From positions 31,440,437 through 31,504,436 of the forward strand of contig NC_092672.1 in NCBI RefSeq assembly GCF_964355755.1: a stretch of DNA of 64,000 bases, in the 5' to 3' direction. The translations under genes were made by a program, and so were the position numbers. Source of the stretch: Antedon mediterranea (lineage: Eukaryota; Animalia; Echinodermata). This document shows, one piece after another, positions 1 to 10,607 of this stretch; positions within the stretch are counted from its first letter, which is position 1, and every line of letters begins with the position of its first letter. The notes under the pieces are model-generated. The model saw nothing but the letters and a program-made list of their open reading frames with translations. It searched no databases and was not told the DNA's origin.

Positions 1-335
1 TGCTGTATCATGCGAACTCTCATGTTTTCTATAGACATAGTGTATTGCATTCTGTACAATGAAAGGAGTTCTAATTAATATCACCTGATTTAACCATTTG
101 GCTTTAATACCGAATCAATCACAACATAATTTCTTTAATACTTTTGATTCATATACATACTATATAGTGCTGTATCATACAAACTCAGACTATTACTATA
201 GATTATTGTGTTCTGTACAATGTAGGAAGTACCACTTCACCTCATCTAATCATTTGGATTCAACTCTGAAGCTATCACAACTTGATTTCTTACTGTACAT
301 ATTCTTTGGTGCTGTATCATGAAAACTTACAGTTT
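1..335. repeat. Diverged tandem repeat, unit ~140-165 bp
   Basis: TGCTGTATCAT recurs at 1, ~168 and ~310, with shared downstream ttctgtacaatg / catttgg / atcacaac blocks in the first two units. Confidence 0.65.
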
Positions 336-1121
336 TTTTTTTTATTTCATTTCAAGAAGTTAGTAAAATCTACCAATTTATTTTATTTCATTGAAATAAG
401 TTAGTAAGATTTTCCAATTCATTACCATACATTGACCAAAACATGTTAAAAAAAACAAACATTTTCAAATGTCAATCCGCTAAACTTACATTTGGATTGA
501 AGAACATATATGTATTGAATAATTTATCATTATTTAGTCTGCTGGACAGAATAGATTGAAAGCTAAATGACAGAAGTAAAAACACTGCCCATAATGCATT
601 AGTCCATTAAGTATTTGCGTTTGGTATTGTTTAACATCATTATCCACGAGAAAACGACATGGGTTACGGCCTCAACTTGCGGCCTTAAGAGAATGACGCA
701 AATTGCGGATTAAAAATCACAATAAAAAAATATCTTTAAAGATTTCCGCATAGTGTATGTTATCAAAACGGAATAAAAATAATATTTCTTAATAATATGT
801 CTAAATATAAATTTTTGTACTGGAACATTTCCTTGTAAATAAAATAATTAAGTGCTTATCTTCTCGATAAAATATTTATTATACTAGTGGAGGATGTAAA
901 CAATAAACTAAAACATTCATTAGTTAACTTCAATTATGAAACATACTCCACTCGAAATGGTACATAATGTAGCTTAATAACAACACTATTTAGGCTTTTT
1001 ACTTTTCATTTATCAATTTAATTAATACAGTACTTCTTTTGATATAAATACTAATTAGTTTATAAGATTTTAGTTAATTAATGATCTTAATTTGTTAAAT
1101 TTTGATTTTATTTCTGTTTTA

Positions 1122-1240
1122 CTTAGCTGTATTGTGGGAGTGTGTTTCCATACATGTTTGATCCAAAACATGACTCGAGTAATAATGTGAAGCACTTAGA
1201 AGCATTTTGCAATAAGCGCTATAAAGAACATTATTATTGA
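1122..1240 (+). mobile_element. 3' tail of a SINE/LINE with an L2-like end
   Basis: gctgtattgtgggagtgtgtttcca...gtgaagcactt...aataagcgctataaagaac followed by (ATT)n. Homologous inverted copy at 5362-5450. Resembles the AAGCGCT...AAGCGCTATATAA tail of L2-clade elements. Confidence 0.55.
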
Positions 1241-1639
1241 ATAAAAGTAAAACATAGGTAAAATATGAATTATAATCCATATTTTATGATTTATCATTTT
1301 ATTTAAATGTATTTATTTAATCTGTGAGCAACATTGGTAAAGTAAATTGTCAAAAAACAAGAATACTATGCCACAATGTAGAAAATTTAATTTTGCAATA
1401 AATTTGACAAAATAAAATGGTAGGAAACCTAAATAATTTATAACAGGTTTTTTTAATAAAGTCTAGTAAAACTAAATACTTTAGTTGTTGTTATATATTG
1501 TTCTAAACATCTATATGGGAATAATATTTTACACTTTTTATTTTTGAACGAATATTGCAATAATATTATCATATTACTATACAGTAATGGGGTATTAAAT
1601 TTTCACAAGCAAATCTTCTAGAATGTATTAATTTTTTCT

Positions 1640-2010
1640 CTGGTTACCAGTAAAGCAAAATCTTGCAATTTCACTAAGTTTATTTTTAAAGTTTTTTTCC
1701 TATGATTACATTATTTATGAAATCAACAAATATACTAGCATGGCAGCATGGATGAGAATGGCAGAGGAGAAGCAGAAGAAAATGGAAATTGTTGAAGGAG
1801 GGCTTCACCAAACAATGGATGAACACAAAATCAATGATGATGATGATGATGATAGTGATAATGATGATGATAGTAATGATAACAGATGATGATAGTGATG
1901 AAACAGATGATGATGATGATGATGATGATGATAGTGATGATGATGATGATGATAGTGATGATGATGATAGTGATGATGATGATGATATTGATGATGATGA
2001 TGACGATATA
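1640..2010 (+). repeat. Dispersed repeat with decayed coding-like content ending in a (GAT)n microsatellite (copy 1 of 3)
   Basis: gaaatcaacaaatatact...agaggagaagcagaagaaaatggaaattgttgaaggagggcttcac..aatggatga recurs at 5480-5666 and 60900-61056. The (GAT)n run spans ~1834-2004. Confidence 0.75.
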
Positions 2011-2577
2011 TATTTAAAAAAAATATAGTATCATCATATCACTGTCTCTCCTTTTATATTGATTGATTGATCACTTTACTTCAGAATAACAATTGATCCA
2101 TATATACAAGAGATTCGAAGACTATAACAGATAGTAGTGCACCTAACAAGATCTGTTTCACTATTGAAAACTCTTATTCTAAAACCATACACACACTTGC
2201 GGATATAGTTTTAATCTCTTGAACACTTCTTAGGTAAATAAATTATGCTGTATATTTTATTATATATTTATTTATTTCAACTGTCACGATAACATTGCAA
2301 TATCTAACCTTCAATGTTGCCTTTTATGCATATTACATTTATGTTGAAATAAATTTAGTCTTACATACATCACAGCAAAAAAATGTACCTTCTTTCGTCA
2401 TATTTTTTAAAATAAAATTTGTTATGAAAACATTTCATATGGATTTGAATGTCATATTATATTAAGTAGTCGGAAAAATATTACAACATTTGAACTTATG
2501 CATTTAAAAATAATATGTAAAATTAATGTTGATATGATGCATATAAAACCGTGTCAAAGAAGTATGGCGTATCTTAC

Positions 2578-3092
2578 CCTTTGGTTTCTTCATCAACAGA
2601 CGATATCATAATTTCACATTGTGCGCTCTGAAAGTGAGCCGTGCACTCGATATTGTGCTTGAAGGTGTTTTCCGAACCCGAGGCAATAGCCATCGCATTC
2701 AGTTTATCATCTGTCGCCGTTGCCATGGAGATAGCACCATCTTCTTGAAATGTGTTTGTTTCATTATTAGATATTTTACATTTATCATCGTCAAAATTAA
2801 TTGTTATTGATATCGAATCCGTAACTAAATCGTCATAGTTGGCGATTTCATCGACATTTTCATTAGCGAGATTTTCGTTAGCATCCTTATCAATTATGTT
2901 AACTTCTTTTTTTTGGTCTGTTGTAATTCTATTTTCTTTCTCTTCTGTTTTTTCACTATCATTTTCCAAAAATGCTGCATTACGATAAGAGTCTTTTTGA
3001 GGGCGTTCCATGTTTAATTCCTGGTTGTTAAGTATTCCAATACCATGATCAGTTTCTTCCAAACTGGTATCTTTTCGGTGTGTTACATTCAT
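2578..3092 (-). CDS. Acidic low-complexity coding exon (~171 codons), probably an alternative first coding exon of the same gene or the first exon of a downstream gene
   Basis: 174-aa open frame rich in D/E/N/K. It ends at a canonical donor AAA GG|gtaaga (phase 2), and the ORF 'stop' is simply the GTAAG. First ATG is at 3092 with an in-frame stop shortly upstream. The only nearby acceptor (aaatgcag|G, 3103, phase 1) is weak. Confidence 0.65.
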
Positions 3093-3359
3093 CACCACAA
3101 ATCCTGCATTTCGTCATTTGTGAATACCACCGGAATCCAAATAAAGCAGTCACCTTCAGCTATCCAATGTTGTTTGCCTCGTACCGTTTAATTATAAATT
3201 ACCCATCAGCCTCAAAAAGTGATAATCATGAGCTTCTTAATCCAGAATCTATTAATGACATTTAAGATGGTCATAACAAATAGAGATATTACTTGTCGCA
3301 AAATGGGTGATCTTTCTAGCCTTGCTTTCCAACCATAACTGATCAGACATAACTCATGA

Positions 3360-3630
3360 TAAACAAGACACGTGCACGCAACACGTCAAAAGAACAGCTG
3401 AATCAAAGTCAGCCAATCCTACAAAAGGTCTCGTAACGACAAATCCGAACTATTAATTTTCTAACATAACAAGCAGACCTAAATTGAAGTTTGCAGGGAA
3501 AAAAACTCTTGTTCATACGGCAGTGTTAAACAGGTCTGACTTCTCGTAGTCTGTCTATGCTAACTAATAAACAGAGGTCAAAGGTTATCTAGACTGTTTA
3601 CAGGCTGTTGCAGATGAAGTCAAGGTCCAT
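3360..3630 (-). promoter_or_regulatory. Candidate internal promoter upstream of the 3092->2578 exon
   Basis: Cluster of E-boxes CACGTG (3369-3374) and CAGCTG (3395-3400), a CCAAT box AGCCAATC (3411-3418) and a nuclear-receptor DR1 AGGTCA-A-AGGTTA (3575-3587), 270-500 bp upstream of the ATG. Motif evidence only. Confidence 0.35.
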
Positions 3631-5361
3631 CTATGTTGCTGGCACCACCTTCACAATTTTACAAGCAAGTATTCTAGTCAAAATCATTTTTATGGCAGAT
3701 CATTTAATCAGCAAACTACACATAAAACATTTTAAAATGTTCTGTTTACATTAGTCAGAAACATACCCGATATAATCATGTTTCTAGTGTTAAGTGGAGT
3801 TGGTAAAAGATGTCGGAAAATCTATTTTAAGATACTGTACTATAGTTACACTTATAGATGTTTACTTCTAATAAAATATAATTAGTAAAGGATAAAGGAC
3901 ATTATTATTAATCAGTTTTATAAACCAACCCATTTTGTTTTACTATTAAAAAAACCGCAAAGAATCTAAAAAAAGTAGGGAAGGTCTGAAAGATTTAGGG
4001 GGGCCACTGTCCTGTGCCATGTTTAAATATGTGGTGCAAGACGAAAACTTTCTGCTTAATATGCTGAAATCCTACCAATTGACCACTGGGGCCTTCAAAG
4101 AATGGTTAAAATTTGGTTAGATAGCGATGGGATATGGTACGATGGAATAAAACTAGTTCCACTACTTTAGAGAAAAACATAAACAAACGGTTGGGTAAAT
4201 AAATAAAATATAAATATAATTGCATAAATATAATCAATCATTCTATTTATAATTTGTGTCAATAACACGTACATCTACAATAAAAAAAAATCATATTTCT
4301 GATTGCCCTTTAACCAGGGAGTTGTACAACTCCCTGCTATATCATCTTTACATGGTTTTCAGACATACTCCTTGAGGACAAATTCATTACCAATCCATAT
4401 CTATGATATAATAACATGCTTGAATTTTAAATATGTCTTCTGATTGCTAAGCAATAGAAATCATTTTGAATATTATTAATAGGAATGTAAGTAATAGTCC
4501 ATATCTAGTGTACAGTTTAAAGGTGGCTGATCATTTTGATTCATTTTGATTCATTCTGATTCATTTTGTATAATATTGAGCATGCATCAAAACTCATCTT
4601 TATGGACACATCGGCCACTATTTAGGGGACACTCATATTAGGACATTTTCCTGAGAAACAAACGAGAACATATATATCATATGTTATGCCTGTATCATAA
4701 GCCATAAGCATAATACAGGACTGCATGTGATACATATGTGATAATGTAATACAGTATTTGCCTTGATACGGAAAACATAATGCTATATGTGGAGATACAG
4801 TACAGAGAATCAGGTGAATGATAGAAAAGGATAATGTCAGTTTCCCTTTGTGTAATGTGTGGTAATGTACCACATTTCTAGATTGTTGACGTATTCAATA
4901 ATCAACCGTGCTATACTTATTATCAATTAAATATTTATTTAAGTGTTTTTAGTTGACACAAAGGCATTTTTGAACTCTGGATGGAACTATGACAAAGGTA
5001 ATGTTAGGTCACTATGTAATAAGTAATATGCAAACATTATATTTGTTCAAAAACATCTGCAAAAATAATTAAAATTTAATTGACCAACCAGGTTTATCGT
5101 TTCTAAATATCACCAAATTTTAGACAATTCGCTGCAAGTGTACATGGAGTTCAATAGTTTCCACACTTCCTAAAATTGTTTAAAATATTAAATGATACTC
5201 CACATGTCACTGTAATTTGTAAATTATTATTAAAATAATAAATATCAAATATTGATATTGTTTAAAAATCGGATAGCACTCCCTATGCCTATTGTTTAAA
5301 CGTGAATGAAAAATTAGTGTAGAAATTAAAAGATTGGTGTTTTTTTTTACTCCGAAACACA

Positions 5362-5450
5362 TAATAATTATAGTACTTGTTCTTATATAGCGCTTATTGC
5401 ACAATATTAGTCATTTTTTGGAAACATACTCCCATAATGCAGCTAGGAAA
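5362..5450 (-). mobile_element. Second copy of the L2-like SINE/LINE tail
   Basis: Reverse complement ctagctgcattatgggagtatgtttccaaaaaatgactaatattgtgcaataagcgctatataagaac matches 1122-1240. Confidence 0.55.
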
Positions 5451-5479
5451 ATTGGGTTTAGAGATGGCATATGACAGGT

Positions 5480-5666
5480 TTACCACTATAAAGCTTTCTC
5501 AAACATGAGCACATGCAATTTTCACTAACATTTATTTTTGACATTTTTTTCTATGATTATGAAATCACCAAATATACTAACACAGCAACCTGGGTGATAA
5601 TCACAGAGGAGAAGCAGAAGAAAATGGAAATTGTTGGAGGAGGACTTCACCCAATAATGGATGACT
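5480..5666 (+). repeat. Copy 2 of the coding-like dispersed repeat (no GAT tail)
   Basis: Aligns by eye to 1640-1822, including agaggagaagcagaagaaaatggaaattgttg. Confidence 0.75.
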
Positions 5667-5952
5667 GATTGAGAAGCTTTATTTAGCTTTGATGTTTTTT
5701 ACCCCATTAGCACCCCATACGTATTTTCTGTCTTGAGTCTTAGAATAATGTTTATTGCGTAGCGATGTGTAGATTACTTCATTTATATCCAATTACAGAT
5801 AAATGATCTTCCTCGTCGTTCTATTGGCCAACACTAACAGTTTTAATTACACTTACTATATTTCTAATCAAACAGTTACACAAAATAGCCACTATAAGAA
5901 ACAGGAAATTGTTCAGTATAGCAAAACAAGTCAGGGTGAACAAGATGCAACA

Positions 5953-6898
5953 TAGACTTGCTCCAAGTCTGTATTGTCTTTTTTTTATTTTATTTGTTTT
6001 TATTTCGACCGCGATTTTTGTCTGAAAATACAGACTTGTGAAACACGTATAGAAATCGATTTGCAGACCGCAAGCATCCGATAAGAATGACGTAGGTTAC
6101 GATACCGTATTTGGCTATATGGGGCGGGCGGTATGTAAATATGGATTTCGAATCAACCAATGATCATTTTGTTTCAAAATAAAAAAGATCGAGTACTATA
6201 CGAACAGTGCTGAATGTACGATCGAGACTGTTGAAATATAAAATCGTGTTGCCAAGTTGTTTTGGTAGGTCCTACTCAACTCGCACGTATGACCTGCCGA
6301 ATAAAACGCCAATAAGGTAGGCCTACATACCACCACCGGCACACAACAGGGCTACACCACCACACAGAACAGGACAGGGTCTGGGTGGGAATTAAATCAA
6401 AATATCTCCGCGTAATAAATGATCCATTCAATCAATGTTTGATTTGCGGAGAAGCTAACCTATCATATCAAGACGAGTTTTCATGTTCTTGGGAAAAATC
6501 CCATCAAATAATTACCAGACTACTAGGGATAAAATCATTTCTAGCCTTCAGAAACTTTCATCAATGTACCCATGGAGGTACCTCCATGATGTACCCAAGT
6601 ACACATTGTCTAAACGTAAAATAGCGCATGCGCATCATCTTAGATGTTGAGTCTTTGAAATTCTGAAATATGAATATTAAAATAGTGTACGAGTGAGTAG
6701 CCAATCGCATGCAGCTGAAACTAGTCAACCGGATAATCGTATGCACCAAGAATTCTTGGTGTCAAACCACGTGACTTGTGCGTGTTTCCCCAGACGGAGT
6801 ATCCAAAATCAAGTAGTAAACGTATGAAACGCCATATGTGCCAAAATATTTATCTTTTTACTAATATTAAGACAAAACTCCGTCTGGAACCCAGACTA
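5953..6898. mobile_element. 946-bp non-autonomous DNA transposon, AcademH-like (TAG...CTA ends, 9-bp TSD)
   Basis: Perfect direct repeat GATGCAACA at 5944-5952 and 6899-6907. Termini TAGACTTG / CCAGACTA form an imperfect short TIR. Each end has its own internal inverted repeat (caagtctgtatt/aatacagacttg; ccagacggagt/actccgtctgg). Interior is GC-richer than the flanks. Confidence 0.75.
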
Positions 6899-6915
6899 GA
6901 TGCAACATAGAACTG

Positions 6916-7858
6916 TACAATTAAGTTTTGTGAGAATAGCAATTATACAGAAAAGTTGTGTTCACACGCACTAGAGTTAAGGTTGCATAGAGTTAAAGCT
7001 GTGTTCAAACACACTAGAATTAAGGTTGCATAGAGTTAAATCTGTGTTCAAACACACTAGAATTAAGGTTGCATAGAGTTAAATCTGTGTTCAAACACAC
7101 TAGAATTAAGGTTGCATAGAGTTAAATCTGTGTTCAAACATACTAATGGACACAAATAATTCAGTTTTGTACCGTAAGAATAGCAATCATACAGAAACGC
7201 TGTGTTCACACACACTAGAGTTAAGGTTGCATAGAGTTAAATCTGTGTTCAAACATACTAATGGACACAAATAATTCAGTTTTGTACCGTAAGAATAGCA
7301 ATCATACAGAAACGCTGTGTTCACACACACTAGAGTTAAGGTTGCATAGAGTTAAAGCTGTGTTCATACACACTAGAATTAAGGTTGCATAGAGTTAAAT
7401 CTGTGTTCAAACATACTAATGGACACAAATAATTCAGTTTTGTACAATAAGAATAGCAATCATACAGAAACGCTGTGTTCACACACACTAGAGTTAAGGT
7501 TGCATAGAGTTAAAGCTGTGTTCACACACACTAGAGTTAAGGTTGCATAGAGTTAAAGCTGTGTTCACACACACTAGAGTTAAGGTTGCATAGAGTTAAA
7601 TCTGTGTTCAAACACACTAATACACACAAATGATTAAGTTTTGTGAGAATAGCAATCATACAGAAAAGTTGTGTTCACACACACACTAGAGTTAAGGTTG
7701 CATAGAGTTAAATCTGTGTTCATACACACTAGAATTAAGGTTGCATAGAGTTAAAGCTGTGTTCACACACACTAGAGTTAAGGTTGCATAGAGTTAAAGC
7801 TGTGTTCACACTCACTAAAGTTAAGGTTGCATAGAGTTAAAGCTGTGTTCAAACACAC
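6916..7858. repeat. Minisatellite: ~14 copies of a 43-bp unit interspersed with a ~72-bp block (115-bp higher-order unit)
   Basis: Unit ctgtgttcacacacactagagttaaggttgcatagagttaaag/t. The block aatggacacaaataattcagttttgt..agaatagcaatcatacagaaa is repeated about four times. Confidence 0.95.
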
Positions 7859-9317
7859 ATACACATAATTCACAACCGACATAAATGTGCGACACTCTTA
7901 TACCTCTGTGTCGTTAAAACAAAAACATTAAAATCCAGGATATTTAACTCTGATATCTTTCCAGATTATATCTATTGAAAACAAATAATTTAACTTACCT
8001 TTCTACAATAAATAAATTTTATTACAATAATTATATGAAATCAGGTAGTATATAAACTGAAATAATTATTTTTGTTTTTGCCAATAAATAATTTTGTTCA
8101 TAAAAACATAAATGTAAAAATATTTCAACAAAATAGGTTATTGATTATCAAATTGTGTCAAATATGTAATTTAAATAATCATAATCCAATCATGTGATTA
8201 GGAATGTGTACTGTACATACTTTATATAATAAATTACAATTTTGTTAATATGCATGCAAAAATTTAAAATGCAAGATTTTCTTCTTCTCTTAATATATAT
8301 ATTATAATTTATTCATTAATGTATAAAATTCTGGAAAAAGAATTTACTGACCCCCCCTAGAGCTATGTTAACATGTCATAACCCTCCCAAGGGATATGCT
8401 AACAAGTCACTCTCCTAGCTTGAGATATGCAAATACCAACACAGAGCTATGACAACGCTTATATTTAAACATGAATTACGGGACAGATGGTGTTATCCCA
8501 AAAGCACATTTCCAACGTCAGCTAGACGAAGATATTTACAAATCAAATTTCCACAAACACAAAGAACAGCCGAGTTTAGTGGTACTCTTCGTGAGTGCAT
8601 GCTTCAAATCTTAATACGTGATTGAGACATATTGACAAATGTGAAAAAAATGGATTATTCAAGTTTAGATTCATTCAGAAAATCATCAAACAAACTAACA
8701 GAAGTGGTATTTCTTTGCAATCTCCATTTTTTTTAAATCTCCATTTTTAAAAAAATCTCCATTTTTGCTAAAATTGACTTATTATATCATCATCATGTGA
8801 CATTTATAGTGGCAACAGTAAATCAGAAAGTAGGAAAAATCGTTGTACATGCTGATATATATTCTTTGATGCTACAGAAAACGTGAATGCTACATCATGA
8901 AGCATGCAGTTATTACTCTGTGATATTACTCTGTGATACAAGCTTGTGATTTTAAAGATTTTTTTGTATAACATAACACACAATTTGACCATTTGGCCAT
9001 GAGCTGTTTTTGTTCTTTTTTAATAAAAGAGAATATAAAACAAAACCATACACATCATTTTCTAAAAACTTAAAAAAAAAATTGTTTATCTATTAGTAAT
9101 TCATTATTTTATATATCTTATTTTTCCATTTCATTACACATTATACTGTACAAGGAAAAAAGACAAATTTATTTATCACATGAAAATTATAGTCTATGCA
9201 AGGCTTTGAAAGAATAAGAATGATATAAAATAATAATAAAACCACACGGTTAGTTGTACAAATAAATTAAAATTAATATATATATTTAATATATATAAAT
9301 CCAAAGGCAAATTACTG

Positions 9318-9480
9318 AAAAAAATGACACTGCTGTGGGTATCAGTGGCTGGATCTCAATGGAGATACAAAAATAAAAAGCGAAAAGCTAAATCAAAACG
9401 ATAAAGTAAACAGCCAGAAAAGTTAGCAGAGCTTTCGGGCAACACTAGCCCTTCATCAGTGCAAGTGAGGGAATTTGGAT
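9318..9480 (-). mobile_element. Penelope-like element terminal (pLTR) fragment
   Basis: Contains a minimal hammerhead motif typical of Penelope-like elements and lies next to (TA)n at 9493-9518. The segment tttatcgttttgatttagc..gtatctccattgagatccagccactgatacccac recurs on + at ~40985-41078. Confidence 0.65.
9426..9462 (-). ncRNA. Minimal type-I hammerhead ribozyme motif (Penelope-type)
   Basis: Minus strand reads GCA CTGATGA A GGGC TAGTGTT GCCC GAAA GCTC TGC. It has intact CUGANGA and GAAA boxes, stem II GGGC/GCCC, palindromic stem III (AGCT), a CUC cleavage triplet and stem I GCA/UGC. Confidence 0.8.
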
Positions 9481-9491
9481 AAAGTCATAGC

Positions 9492-9524
<33 letters not shown>

Positions 9525-10344
9525 ATGTACAATGTGTTTAAACATTCACTTTACTAAGACATCTGAAAGTAAATGAATTGTATTAATTCATTTCAAATAA
9601 TTAAAAGTGTAAAATTTCGAGAGAAATTTTACCTATAATGAATTACAAGACACATACACATTAAATTTCAACAAAGGAATTTCAGATTCGTAAAAAGGTG
9701 TAAAATAAAAAACGGTTGATACATATAAAACAATGACATGGATATGTTTTGAACTTAGTGTATGCGCCAACCTAATACCGAAAATAAAGATCACTTTACT
9801 GAATTACGTGCGGGTTTGTAAGCCTTTAACAGCCATACGATTTGAAATTCTACCATAATTTTTAAGCCATGATGAAAATAGCTAGGTATAGAGATGTATA
9901 TCTTCTACTGCGAGGTTGAATCATGTCGTTAACGAATTAATATGCATGTCACTCTAATGTACATAGAAGCAATAGATTAAGATATACAGCCAACACCTGA
10001 GGTGCATTCACATTCCGTCTTCTCTAATGCGAATAGCTGACACTATGAGCCGAGTTAATACATCTTACTCCGTTTTATGATATATTTAAATTGTGTAACG
10101 GGCTATTTCAGATGTATTTAAAGGATTAAATTAATCTTTGATTTAAATTTATGTTAAGAAAATCTGCAAAAGTCAACATGGTCTAGTAAGAAAAGCATAA
10201 TGGGTTTTGAATTATGTTGAAGTTGCTATAAGGCCGTTGACCTATAACTAGCAGTATGTATAAATTTTACAGTATCATAAGCAAATGGTATGAAACAGTG
10301 TCACATGTGATGAGATAAAGTCAAGATAATCAAGTGTAAGAAGA

Positions 10345-10535
10345 TATTATATTATTATATATATTGTATTGTTATCATACTGGTTATAAGCACCTAAGCA
10401 TTGAGAAATAAGTCCACTATAAGATACTATATATATATTGTAAGCCCGGGTTGTGCTTATAATCAGGCATTTTAAATACATTTTAAAGGACACACTAAAT
10501 TTATCAGTATGACATACACTGAAATTGTTTGGGTA
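10345..10535 (-). mobile_element. Probable 3' end of a CR1/L2-group LINE
   Basis: Translation YPNNFSVC...SFKMYLK resembles the LINE ORF2 C-terminal P-x(n)-SFKxxLK pattern, followed by a short UTR and (AAT)n tail. Confidence 0.35.
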
Positions 10536-10607
10536 AAAATGCACATCGATGTGTATAAATATATTTCAATTATTATATATATGTATATTACATTATTTGA
10601 TTAAAAG

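Noticed and set aside
1789-2028. 79-aa Met/Asp-rich ORF
   Set aside because: It is the translation of a (GAT)n microsatellite at the end of a dispersed repeat, with a non-ATG start.
4040-4093. tRNA gene candidates (also ~24305-24378 and 24890-24972)
   Set aside because: Only degenerate A/B-box-like motifs with no cloverleaf; at most SINE-head remnants.
5857-5891. 35-nt minus-strand exon candidate with good acceptor and gtaagt donor, as the missing LIM end
   Set aside because: In the required phase it reads SGYFV*, with no C-x2-C/H at LIM spacing.
6916-7858. Repeat-spacer appearance suggesting CRISPR
   Set aside because: The 'spacers' are copies of one block, so this is a higher-order satellite.
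7999-8056. Strong minus-strand donor AAAG|gtaagt with nearby AG acceptors
   Set aside because: The candidate exons (4 nt or ~58 nt) are frame-shifting or stop-containing and extremely AT-rich.
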